A stretch of 12,454 nucleotides of DNA from a bacterium (GCA_046758365.1 JBHIAC010000097.1:1-12454); one strand, 5' to 3'; counted from the stretch's first letter, positions 1 to 7,631 are shown. The notes: a model not told the origin generated them from the letters alone. Translations and numbers: made by a program.

Positions 1-54
1 CTCTACTATATTCGAACCGATGAAACCTGCACCGCCTGTTACCAAATATTTCAT
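1..54 (-). CDS. NAD-dependent epimerase/dehydratase (extended SDR), N-terminal fragment running off the window
   Basis: Not in the ORF track. Manual translation from the ATG at 54 gives MKYLVTGGAGFIGSNIVE, the TGGAGFIG Rossmann motif of nucleotide-sugar epimerases. Confidence 0.9.
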   Translation of the reverse strand, partial: MKYLVTGGAGFIGSNIVE

Positions 55-76
55 AAATCTATCTCTAAATTTTTTC

Positions 77-105
77 TTGCAAACTATAAATAAATTTATT
101 ACATT
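77..105 (+). promoter_or_regulatory. Putative sigma70-type promoter (TTGCAA-17-TACATT) pointing into the structured element at 117-263
   Basis: -35 TTGCAA at 77-82, 17-nt spacer, -10 TACATT at 100-105. It shares CTTGCA...TTTATTACATTAAT with the candidate promoter upstream of smg. The region is AT-rich, so a chance match is possible. Confidence 0.45.
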
Positions 106-116
106 AATTTTAAATT

Positions 117-263
117 AACCACCGGAGCCTAAAAGTGAAAGGCCCAGTACTATTTCAGAAAGGTACTATAAGCGTTTCACTGTTTTAATCTCATATTACT
201 TCTTTCCAAAATAGCATGCCATACCCGTTTTGGGAAAAAGTTAAATTGCTGGCTCTGGTGGTT
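117..263 (+). ncRNA. Candidate structured non-coding RNA (closing stem plus two internal hairpins); family not recognised
   Basis: AACCACCGGAGCC (117-129) pairs with GGCTCTGGTGGTT (251-263) with one G-U. GTGAAA/TTTCAC and AGTAC/GTACT form a hairpin at 130-187. 198-211 pairs with 228-241. A promoter-like element lies directly upstream. Confidence 0.5.
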
Positions 264-336
264 TAAATATATTCTAAACCTAGTTAAAGTATTAAATATC
301 TAAACTTATTTAGCTTTTTGGTTCCTCCTTGCTGTT

Positions 337-669
337 TCATTTATTTAACAAATCTAACTCGTTAGAATTATCCCCAAAGGTCGCCTTTGCAGCATTTCTA
401 ATTCGTTTAGTTAAATCCCAAAGTTCACTCAAACATTTATTTCTATCTTGAATCGCTTTTGAGCGTTCTAATTTTAATTGTTCAGCAATTTCTACACTTT
501 TTTTAGCATCATTAAGTTTATTTAAAAATTTATCCATGGTTAAATTGGGAACCATGAGTTTCTTTCCCACCTTATGCCATCCATTTTTTACGACATTAGC
601 TTGTTCTAGCGTGTTCCTAGGATAACTATGAATGATATTAGAGTTCTTTGAACTTGAGCTTTTGACCAT
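337..669 (-). CDS. Hypothetical protein, 110 aa, predicted helical/coiled-coil
   Basis: Open ORF co-oriented with its neighbours. It has an amphipathic helical pattern and an LWDLTKRIRNAAKATFGDNS segment. A perfect TATAAT lies ~50 nt upstream (720-725, minus strand). No function recognised. Confidence 0.75.
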   Translation of the reverse strand: MVKSSSSKNSNIIHSYPRNTLEQANVVKNGWHKVGKKLMVPNLTMDKFLNKLNDAKKSVEIAEQLKLERSKAIQDRNKCLSELWDLTKRIRNAAKATFGDNSNELDLLNK

Positions 670-1043
670 AATAAGATCAACTTTACTTTGTAAAGAAATT
701 AACTTTAATAAGATGTACCATTATAACCCACCTATTCAATATTTTTACAGAATTAAATTCAATTTTCAGTTATAAATAATTTGTTTTTTGTATTGTTTTC
801 TTATTTAACATTAAAGTTGAACAAAAGAAAAAAAAATAAATCCTTAAAGTCAAGACTTGTGATATTAATTTAATAGACAAGACTTTCTTTTAGCATACAT
901 TAAATTTGTGCAAGAAAAGAAAGGTGGATTTTTATACCGTAAAGGAGTTCAAAAAGAAAGTTTAAAAAATAAGTAATAAAAGTCGCAAGAATGAAGAAGA
1001 AGATAAGACATAATAAAAATTAAATTGAATAAATTTTTAAATA

Positions 1044-1131
1044 AATTGATGACATTGGTGCAAAAACAAGATAATTTCACTTTTAGGACGTCCTTTATAA
1101 CTTAATATTTTTAACTACCTACATCTATGCA
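1044..1131 (-). repeat. Dispersed intergenic repeat unit (contiguous copy) containing TAAAGGACGTCCTAAAAGTGAAA
   Basis: Three consecutive blocks match 11741-11770 (24/30), 12191-12200 (10/10) and 12248-12295 (38 of 48 columns) in inverted orientation, by manual alignment. Confidence 0.65.
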
Positions 1132-1156
1132 CCTACGTCATTGACAGGTATTTTTT

Positions 1157-1633
1157 TTATAATCCTAATGATTTGGCTATATCAATTGACTTACAAATTG
1201 GTACGTCTCTTCCTTCTAATTCAATATCGTGAATTTTCAGGAAACGGAAGTTTGTTATGTCCTCATCATCAACATAAATAAAAGGGGCAATTTTACGTTT
1301 GCCTGCTTGGTAATGCATCCCTCCCACGTTGACTTTATCAATCTTTATGCCTAAATTTAATAGCTGTACAACTACGCCTGGCGAGTCAACAATAATAAAA
1401 ATCTTTTTGTTTTTCAATTCTTTGCTTTGTAATAATTTTACCGTTTCGTCCACTGAACATATTGAGATTTGATAATCTGAGGCAGCCTCTTTATAGATTT
1501 CTCTTTCCCACTCGTTATTGGCAACTTCATCGTTACAAAGTACCAGATGATCAGGTTGGATATAAGGACACCAACCAATTACTACTTGGCCGTGAATTAA
1601 ACGATCATCGATTCGAATCAATTCAATAGGCAT
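1157..1633 (-). CDS. PTS mannose/fructose/sorbose family EIIB component
   Basis: RIDDRLIHGQV with the phospho-His, and VNVGGMH. Length 158 aa. GAGGTGG Shine-Dalgarno-like sequence upstream. Confidence 0.95.
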   Translation of the reverse strand: MPIELIRIDDRLIHGQVVIGWCPYIQPDHLVLCNDEVANNEWEREIYKEAASDYQISICSVDETVKLLQSKELKNKKIFIIVDSPGVVVQLLNLGIKIDKVNVGGMHYQAGKRKIAPFIYVDDEDITNFRFLKIHDIELEGRDVPICKSIDIAKSLGL

Positions 1634-1648
1634 TGATAAATTACCACC

Positions 1649-2047
1649 TCAATCTTTACTATTATATGTTAATCGCGAAATGCCTCGCTTACCATCTCGA
1701 ACTAATACTTCACTAAGTTCTTCAAAACTATATTGCTTTCTTTTAGTAATAAAAGATAAAATAATTGAGAGATTTAATCCTGAAATAAGTTCGACCTTTT
1801 CCCTTTCTCTTACAATTTTTGCAACGGCGTTCCAACAACTACCACCTCTCAGGCTCACTAAAAGAAAAAGCCCATCTGTTAAATTTTTAGATTCAATAAG
1901 ATGGGTTATTTTTTCATAAATTCCTTTGGGATTAAGTCCTTCACAGTTCAAGGCATATACATTGTTACATTCACCAATAATTTGTTTGCAAGCATCTAAA
2001 AGTGCTTGAGCGACTTGACCATGACTTAATACAATGCAACTTACCAT
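1649..2047 (-). CDS. PTS mannose/fructose family EIIA component
   Basis: N-terminal IVLSHG (phospho-His), GGS and ISGLNL motifs. Located between hprK and EIIB. Confidence 0.9.
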   Translation of the reverse strand: MVSCIVLSHGQVAQALLDACKQIIGECNNVYALNCEGLNPKGIYEKITHLIESKNLTDGLFLLVSLRGGSCWNAVAKIVREREKVELISGLNLSIILSFITKRKQYSFEELSEVLVRDGKRGISRLTYNSKD

Positions 2048-2185
2048 GTATGTAAAATATCTCGGATTTTCTAAAAAATCGTTTTTTAGAGGTTTCTAGA
2101 ATTATTCATCTATGCAATTGTACTTTACCAATTCCATCGAATATCGTTCCACCATTTAATTGAGAAGCTATTATCTAATCTCGCC

Positions 2186-3166
2186 CTATTCAAAATCTTT
2201 ATCTAAATAATCTTCTAAATATTTTTCCGCAGTAATTTTCTCTTGCATTTTTTCAATGAGCCGTTCGTTAAAATCACGAGCTGGGTGATGACCATATATT
2301 TTCATTAGCTGGTGCAGAGCTATAACTTCTGCTATAACTGTAATATTTTTCCCAGGAAAAATTGGAAGCTTTACTACAGGGATTTCAACATCTAAAATTT
2401 TAGTAGTGGACTCATCTAATCCAATTCTTTCATATTCTTCATTTTCGTCCCATTCTTCTAATTGTACCTCTACCTCCACACGTTTTTGTAGTCGTATGGA
2501 ACGAATTCCAAAGACACTTCTAACATCCACAATACCAAGACCTCGTATTTCCATGTGATGTTGGAGCATTTCACTGGCGGTGGCAATGAGTATTCCTTCT
2601 GCCTTTCTGCTGATATTTACGATGTCATCAGCCACTAATCGGTGTCCTCGTTCCACTAAATCTAAAGCGATTTCACTTTTTCCTATACCGCTACGCCCAG
2701 TAAAAAGCATTCCAATACCATAAACATCCACAAGTGAGCCATGCACCGTAATGTGAGGTGCAAACACCTCATCCAGGTAATCGCTTAAGAGATGCATGAG
2801 GCGAGTGGTTTTAAAAGGAGTTCTGAAAACACTTACATCTTTTTCGTTTGCAATTTTTATCAGTTCGGGAGTAGGCATGTTGTTCTCGGTAACAATGATG
2901 CAAGGAATTTCGAATGAAAGTACCGTTTGTATCGCTTTTTTCTTTTCGGGAATTGTTAATTTTTTTAAATAGGCATTTTCTGTATTTCCAATAATCTGGA
3001 CCCTCTTATAAGTAAAAACATCCACGAAACCAGTAAGAGCTATTGCAGGACGATTTAAATCCCCCTCTTCAATAATTCGTTTGAAACTAGCCTTGTGGTT
3101 CACCAGTTCCAACTGAAGTTTCTTTTTATTATCGTGATAAAGTTTTTCTACTGTTAATTTACTCAT
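2186..3166 (-). CDS. hprK: HPr(Ser) kinase/phosphorylase
   Basis: LNRPAIALTGF, HGSLVDVYGIGML, Walker A GRSGIGKSE, LVADD and MEIRGLGI signatures. Confidence 0.98.
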   Translation of the reverse strand: MSKLTVEKLYHDNKKKLQLELVNHKASFKRIIEEGDLNRPAIALTGFVDVFTYKRVQIIGNTENAYLKKLTIPEKKKAIQTVLSFEIPCIIVTENNMPTPELIKIANEKDVSVFRTPFKTTRLMHLLSDYLDEVFAPHITVHGSLVDVYGIGMLFTGRSGIGKSEIALDLVERGHRLVADDIVNISRKAEGILIATASEMLQHHMEIRGLGIVDVRSVFGIRSIRLQKRVEVEVQLEEWDENEEYERIGLDESTTKILDVEIPVVKLPIFPGKNITVIAEVIALHQLMKIYGHHPARDFNERLIEKMQEKITAEKYLEDYLDKDFE

Positions 3167-3256
3167 AAAAAATTATTCCAAAAGCTGCATAAAAGAATTG
3201 GTCAAACTATGCAAACTCATGAATCAGGATCAGTACCTGTTTCATTGAATTAATTT

Positions 3257-3601
3257 TTAAATTTCTTCCTGATCAAAATTAGAGGATATAGCAAATGAGG
3301 ATACTTTATAATTTCCATGATTACGAAGCTTCTCTTTAAATTTTTTCAATTGTCGTTCCAATTTATCCACCGCAAGGTCAATACTTTTAAATATATCCTC
3401 AGATTTTTCAATGGCGACCAATCTTTGACCATATACTTTGGCAGAAATTTCAGCCACCTGATTCAGTTTTTCATAATCCAGAATGATCTCACAGTCAATG
3501 ATTCCGTCATAATATCTTTTTAGCCTTTGCACTTTCTTTTCTGCGTATTCTTTGAGTTTCTCTGGAGCTTTAAAATGCCTTGCCGTGAAGTTAATTCGCA
3601 T
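3257..3601 (-). CDS. hpf: Ribosome hibernation promoting factor / RaiA (short form)
   Basis: INFTARHF...LKEYAEKK and SEDIFKSIDLAVDKLERQLKKFKEK. GGAGG RBS at 3607-3611. Adjacent to hprK. Confidence 0.95.
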   Translation of the reverse strand: MRINFTARHFKAPEKLKEYAEKKVQRLKRYYDGIIDCEIILDYEKLNQVAEISAKVYGQRLVAIEKSEDIFKSIDLAVDKLERQLKKFKEKLRNHGNYKVSSFAISSNFDQEEI

Positions 3602-3848
3602 TGCAACCTCCCATGTTGTTAAATTTTACAAAGAACAACAATTTCATAATTAGTGAATGATTCAAATCACAATATTAATAAATGTACCAATAAATTACTT
3701 TTAAAGTTTCCAGAAAATTTAGTAATTAAAATGAAAAGATTTCGAAACTCGAAAAAAAATTGTTTATGTCCAATGACTCGCGACTCCTGTCAGAGATTTC
3801 GTATTTTGAAATTCTAATTTTATGTTCGCTTGACAATTAAATTTTCTT

Positions 3849-3867
3849 GCCCCGTTACAGACGGGGC
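3849..3867. repeat. GC-rich hairpin GCCCCGT-TACAG-ACGGGGC downstream of xerC (pause/REP-like; not a canonical terminator)
   Basis: Perfect 7-bp stem in an AT-rich spacer, ~60 nt after the xerC stop. No U-tract follows directly on either strand. Confidence 0.55.
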
Positions 3868-3925
3868 TTGCAAAAAAACAAAGATTTGATTGGTAATCAT
3901 ATAGAATAATACTTAAGGTTCTATT

Positions 3926-4837
3926 TTATTTATCCGCCCGCGGATGGGCTTGTTTATATATTTCCTTCAATCTTTCCGCGGTAAGATGGGTATAAACTTG
4001 TGTCGTAGAAAGACATGAGTGACCAAGCAATTCTTTAACGGCTAATAAATCCGCTCCTTCCTCTAACAAGTGAGTTGCAAATGAGTGTCTCAAGATATGA
4101 GGATACGCTTTATTTTTGTCTGAAGCTAACTGTAAATACTTTTTCACTATGCTCTGAACTTGTCGGGGAGAGATCCGATTCCCTTTAAGATTTATAAATA
4201 GAGCCTCTTGTGAACTGTCTAAAGAAATCAAAAACTTTTTACGTTTATCCATATACTCTTTAACAAACTTTGCGGTTACTTTTCCTAAAGGAATCAGACG
4301 TTGCTTTGAGCCCTTGCCCATAACTTTAACCAAACCATTTGAAAAATCAATATCATCAAGATTTAAACCCACTAATTCACGAAGCCGTATCCCCGTTCCA
4401 TAAAAAAGTTCAAGAATGACCCTATCACGTAACCCATCGATGGTATTAATATCTGGGAATTCAAGCGCTGTCATAATAGTTTCATAGCTTAAAAATGACG
4501 GTAAATTCTTAGTTGTTTTTAAGAAACCTAGGTTTAGTGTGGGATTAGTATCTATAATTTCTTGCAGGCATACAAATTTAAAAAATGACCGTAGAGAGGC
4601 TAATTTTCGGTTGACTGTGGTAGCTTTCAAGCCCCCTTGAAATAGAAGAGCTAAAAATGAACGGAGCGATTTCTTGGTGATCTCCTGAATATTGGTATCA
4701 TCAAGAAATTGCACAAATTGACATAGGTCAGTTTTGTAAGCCTTCAGCGTGAAGTCCGAAGCATTTTTTTCTAAGCGTAGATGCTGTATGAATTTATCAA
4801 TGCACGGTTTTAATTTGTCAACCGTAAGCAATTGCAC
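3926..4837 (-). CDS. xerC: Tyrosine recombinase XerC (XerC/XerD family)
   Basis: Catalytic R (GIRLRE), K (GKGSK), HxxR (HILRH), LGH and Y (TQVYTH), with a YKQAHPRA C-terminus. Follows topA. Start re-assigned from 4900 to the GTG at 4837, which has AAGGA 8 nt upstream and overlaps the topA end by 20 nt. The start remains uncertain. Confidence 0.9.
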   Translation of the reverse strand: MQLLTVDKLKPCIDKFIQHLRLEKNASDFTLKAYKTDLCQFVQFLDDTNIQEITKKSLRSFLALLFQGGLKATTVNRKLASLRSFFKFVCLQEIIDTNPTLNLGFLKTTKNLPSFLSYETIMTALEFPDINTIDGLRDRVILELFYGTGIRLRELVGLNLDDIDFSNGLVKVMGKGSKQRLIPLGKVTAKFVKEYMDKRKKFLISLDSSQEALFINLKGNRISPRQVQSIVKKYLQLASDKNKAYPHILRHSFATHLLEEGADLLAVKELLGHSCLSTTQVYTHLTAERLKEIYKQAHPRADK

Positions 4838-7073
4838 TATAAGAATCCTTGATATCTGGTTGGAACTTTGATTTGCATATTGGACAAAACAGATATTCAC
4901 TTTTTGCTTGGGTAGACCGTATTTCTAAGTATGGATTTTTACATTTGGGACAGTCTTCTTTGACTGGTTTGTTCCAGGTAGCGAATTTGCATTCTGGATA
5001 TCGGCTGCACCCGTAAAAAACTCGTCCACGTCGAGACCTCTTTTCAACAACAACACCAGAGCAGTTTTCATTGGGGCAGCTTACTCCAATGGAGAGGGGT
5101 TGTGTATTTTTACATCCAGGATATCCCGAACAAGCTAAAAACCTGCCAAATCGCCCATATTTTATAACCATTTTTTTACCGCATATTTTGCAGTACTCAT
5201 CCACCTTTTCAACTTCCTCAAGAGGTCTCGTATACTTACATTCGGGATAACTAGTGCAAGCCACAAATTTTCCGTTTCGTCCCCAACGAATTTTTAATGC
5301 ACTCCCACACTGGGGACATCGCTCCTCGGTTTCTTCTTGAAGCGAATCTTTAATTTCTTTTTTTCTGGAATTTACTTCTTGCAAGGCTTTATTAAAGGGA
5401 AGATAAAACCCCTGAGCAACTTCGATAAAATTCTTTTGTCCTGATTCTATTTTATCTAGATCTTCCTCCATATGAGCGGTAAACTTTACGTTAAATATAC
5501 TTGGAAAATTCTGGATTAATATTCTATTTACGGTTAAGCCCAGATCGGTTGGAATCAACTGTCGCTGCACTTTCACAATATATTTCCGAGCTAAAATAGT
5601 ACTGATGATTATAGCATAAGTGCTAGGCCGACCGATTCCCAAAGCATCCAATTCTTTTATTAAACTACTTTCAAAATAACGGGGTGGAGGTTTAGTAAAA
5701 TGCTGTCGAGGAATGAGGTCGAGAAGCTGCAAAGTTTCTCCAACCAGTAAATTCGTTGGAACTTTCATATTTACACCATTTTCTTGCTCGCCGTTATCTA
5801 CTTTGACTTCATCATATACTTGCAAAAACCCTCTAAAAAGAATTACACTACCCGTTGTCCGAAATAAATATTTGTTACTTGCAAAAATATCGATGGTAGT
5901 TTGTTCCAATTTTGCAGCCTCCATTTGTGAAGCTACAAATCTATTCCAAATAAGTTCATAAAGTTTAAACTGGTCGTTAGAAAGATATCTCTTAATAGTT
6001 CTCGGCTCTCGTTTCATAGAGGTAGGTCTAATAGCTTCATGGGCATCTTGGGCACCGGATTTGACCTTGAATTTTCGAGCTGAAAATGGCAGATATTCCT
6101 TGCCATAATTTACTAAAATATATTCGCGTACTGTTTGCAAAGCTTCATCAGCAATGCGGGTTGAATCAGTTCGCATATAAGTAATCAAACCAACACTGCC
6201 ATCAGGCCCGAGTTCTACCCCTTCATAAAGCTGCTGAGCAATCACCATGATTTTTTTAGAAGTATAGCCGAGTCGTCTCGCTGCTGCCTGCTGCATAGTA
6301 CTGGTTGTAAATGGAGGAGCTGGGTTTCGATTAACAATTTTCTTTTTAATATCTTTGACAATGTAAGTTTGGTGTCTTAAATCTTGAACAATTTCACGCG
6401 TTTTTTCTTCGTTAGGTAAATCAGGCGATTTATTTTCTATTTTAATTAATTTTGAAAAGAAAGGCTCTGTATTTTTACCTTGAAGCTCGGCAGTAATTGA
6501 CCAGTACTCTTCAGGAACGAAGTTTTTAATTTCCTCTTCTCTTTCACAAATCAATCTTAAAGCCACTGATTGAACCCGACCAGCACTTAATCCCCTATAA
6601 ACAGTCCGCCAAAGAATGGGACTCACCTGATAACCCACTAATCTATCCACGACCCGTCGTGCTTTTTGAGCAGCCACTTTGTGAGAGTTTATTTGAGCGG
6701 GCTTTTCTAACGCGTTTTTAACTGCTTTTTCAGTAATTTCATTAAACAGTACGCGATGAATCTTGTCTTTACTTGTTTTGATTTCTTCTGCAATATGATT
6801 AGCGATGGCTTCCCCTTCACGATCGGGATCGGTAGCAATGTAGACATTATTAACACTTGAGGCAACTTTTCGCAATTGATTTATTAGTTTTCCCTTGCCC
6901 CTGAGAATAATATACTCCGGCTCAAAATTCTCGTCTAAATTAACACCCAACCGCCGTTTTGGTAAATCTTTGATATGACCAACGGAGGAAAGCACCTGGT
7001 AATCTTTTCCTAAGAATTTACTTATGGTTTTCGTTTTTGCATTCGATTCAACAATCACCAAAGATTTTGCCAT
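4818..7073 (-). CDS. topA: DNA topoisomerase I (type IA) with C-terminal zinc ribbons
   Basis: Toprim LVIVES and ATDPDREGE, SAGRVQS, catalytic ITYMRTDS, GIGRPSTY, and four C-terminal Cys4 ribbons. Confidence 0.99.
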   Translation of the reverse strand: MAKSLVIVESNAKTKTISKFLGKDYQVLSSVGHIKDLPKRRLGVNLDENFEPEYIILRGKGKLINQLRKVASSVNNVYIATDPDREGEAIANHIAEEIKTSKDKIHRVLFNEITEKAVKNALEKPAQINSHKVAAQKARRVVDRLVGYQVSPILWRTVYRGLSAGRVQSVALRLICEREEEIKNFVPEEYWSITAELQGKNTEPFFSKLIKIENKSPDLPNEEKTREIVQDLRHQTYIVKDIKKKIVNRNPAPPFTTSTMQQAAARRLGYTSKKIMVIAQQLYEGVELGPDGSVGLITYMRTDSTRIADEALQTVREYILVNYGKEYLPFSARKFKVKSGAQDAHEAIRPTSMKREPRTIKRYLSNDQFKLYELIWNRFVASQMEAAKLEQTTIDIFASNKYLFRTTGSVILFRGFLQVYDEVKVDNGEQENGVNMKVPTNLLVGETLQLLDLIPRQHFTKPPPRYFESSLIKELDALGIGRPSTYAIIISTILARKYIVKVQRQLIPTDLGLTVNRILIQNFPSIFNVKFTAHMEEDLDKIESGQKNFIEVAQGFYLPFNKALQEVNSRKKEIKDSLQEETEERCPQCGSALKIRWGRNGKFVACTSYPECKYTRPLEEVEKVDEYCKICGKKMVIKYGRFGRFLACSGYPGCKNTQPLSIGVSCPNENCSGVVVEKRSRRGRVFYGCSRYPECKFATWNKPVKEDCPKCKNPYLEIRSTQAKSEYLFCPICKSKFQPDIKDSYSAIAYG

Positions 7074-7111
7074 AAATCTTCCAATACCTATGATAAAATT
7101 TTAAAACCCAA

Positions 7112-7579
7112 CTATTGAATTACAGGATGTTCTTCAAACAGGAAATAAGTTCCATCCTTAAAACTTTCGGGGTAAAACAACATAGAAGCAACGATAGATT
7201 TAATATCACCTACACTCACTTGAGAAGTTCCCAACATCATTGCTCTCTCTAAAATCTGTTCAACTTCCATTTCGTCAATTATATTTAGTTCCTTTAACTG
7301 AATAATATATCCATAGGCTTCAGTAGAAATTATTGAACGCTCGATTTCGTGTAGATGACGAAAAGAACATTTTAATGTGGGGCCTTGATTCGGAATGAGT
7401 TCTTCAGATTCGCTCTTCAAACGATCAAGGAGCCAGGAAAATGCAGAACTGATTTCATTTTCTGTGTATCCCCGTTGGACTAAATCTTTAGATAACAGCT
7501 CCAGTTTCTTACCACTTTTGCTATTTCTTTTGATCTCACTCATTATCAAAATCAAGATTTCTACAACCCGCTCATTCAT
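7112..7579 (-). CDS. smg: DUF494 / Smg family protein
   Basis: GYTENEISSAFSWL, FRHLHEIE and VEQILERAM pattern. Typical position upstream of topA. GAGGAG RBS. Confidence 0.88.
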   Translation of the reverse strand: MNERVVEILILIMSEIKRNSKSGKKLELLSKDLVQRGYTENEISSAFSWLLDRLKSESEELIPNQGPTLKCSFRHLHEIERSIISTEAYGYIIQLKELNIIDEMEVEQILERAMMLGTSQVSVGDIKSIVASMLFYPESFKDGTYFLFEEHPVIQ

Positions 7580-7631
7580 GATTGTCTCCTCTAATTATTA
7601 TCCTCATTTTACCTACAGATTATAAGTGATT

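Noticed and set aside
206..222. Sigma54-like TGGCATG on the minus strand
   Set aside because: Lacks the GC at -12 (GG-N10-GC spacing fails).
803..830. ATTTAACATTA resembles a dif XerD arm
   Set aside because: No XerC arm at the 6-bp spacing, and the context is AT-rich.
517..1045. 17-bp inverted repeat 517-533 / 1029-1045
   Set aside because: Composed only of A/T and one arm is inside a CDS, so it is probably chance.
3892..3919. dif-like site next to xerC
   Set aside because: Partial XerC-arm similarity only. The XerD arm does not match.
3926..4837. Tyrosine recombinase as a prophage/island integrase
   Set aside because: Size, motifs and the topA-linked context fit chromosomal XerC. No phage or cargo genes or att-tRNA nearby.
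4838..4900. ORF-track N-terminal extension of xerC
   Set aside because: Would overlap topA by 83 nt and does not resemble Xer N-termini. The GTG at 4837 has an RBS.
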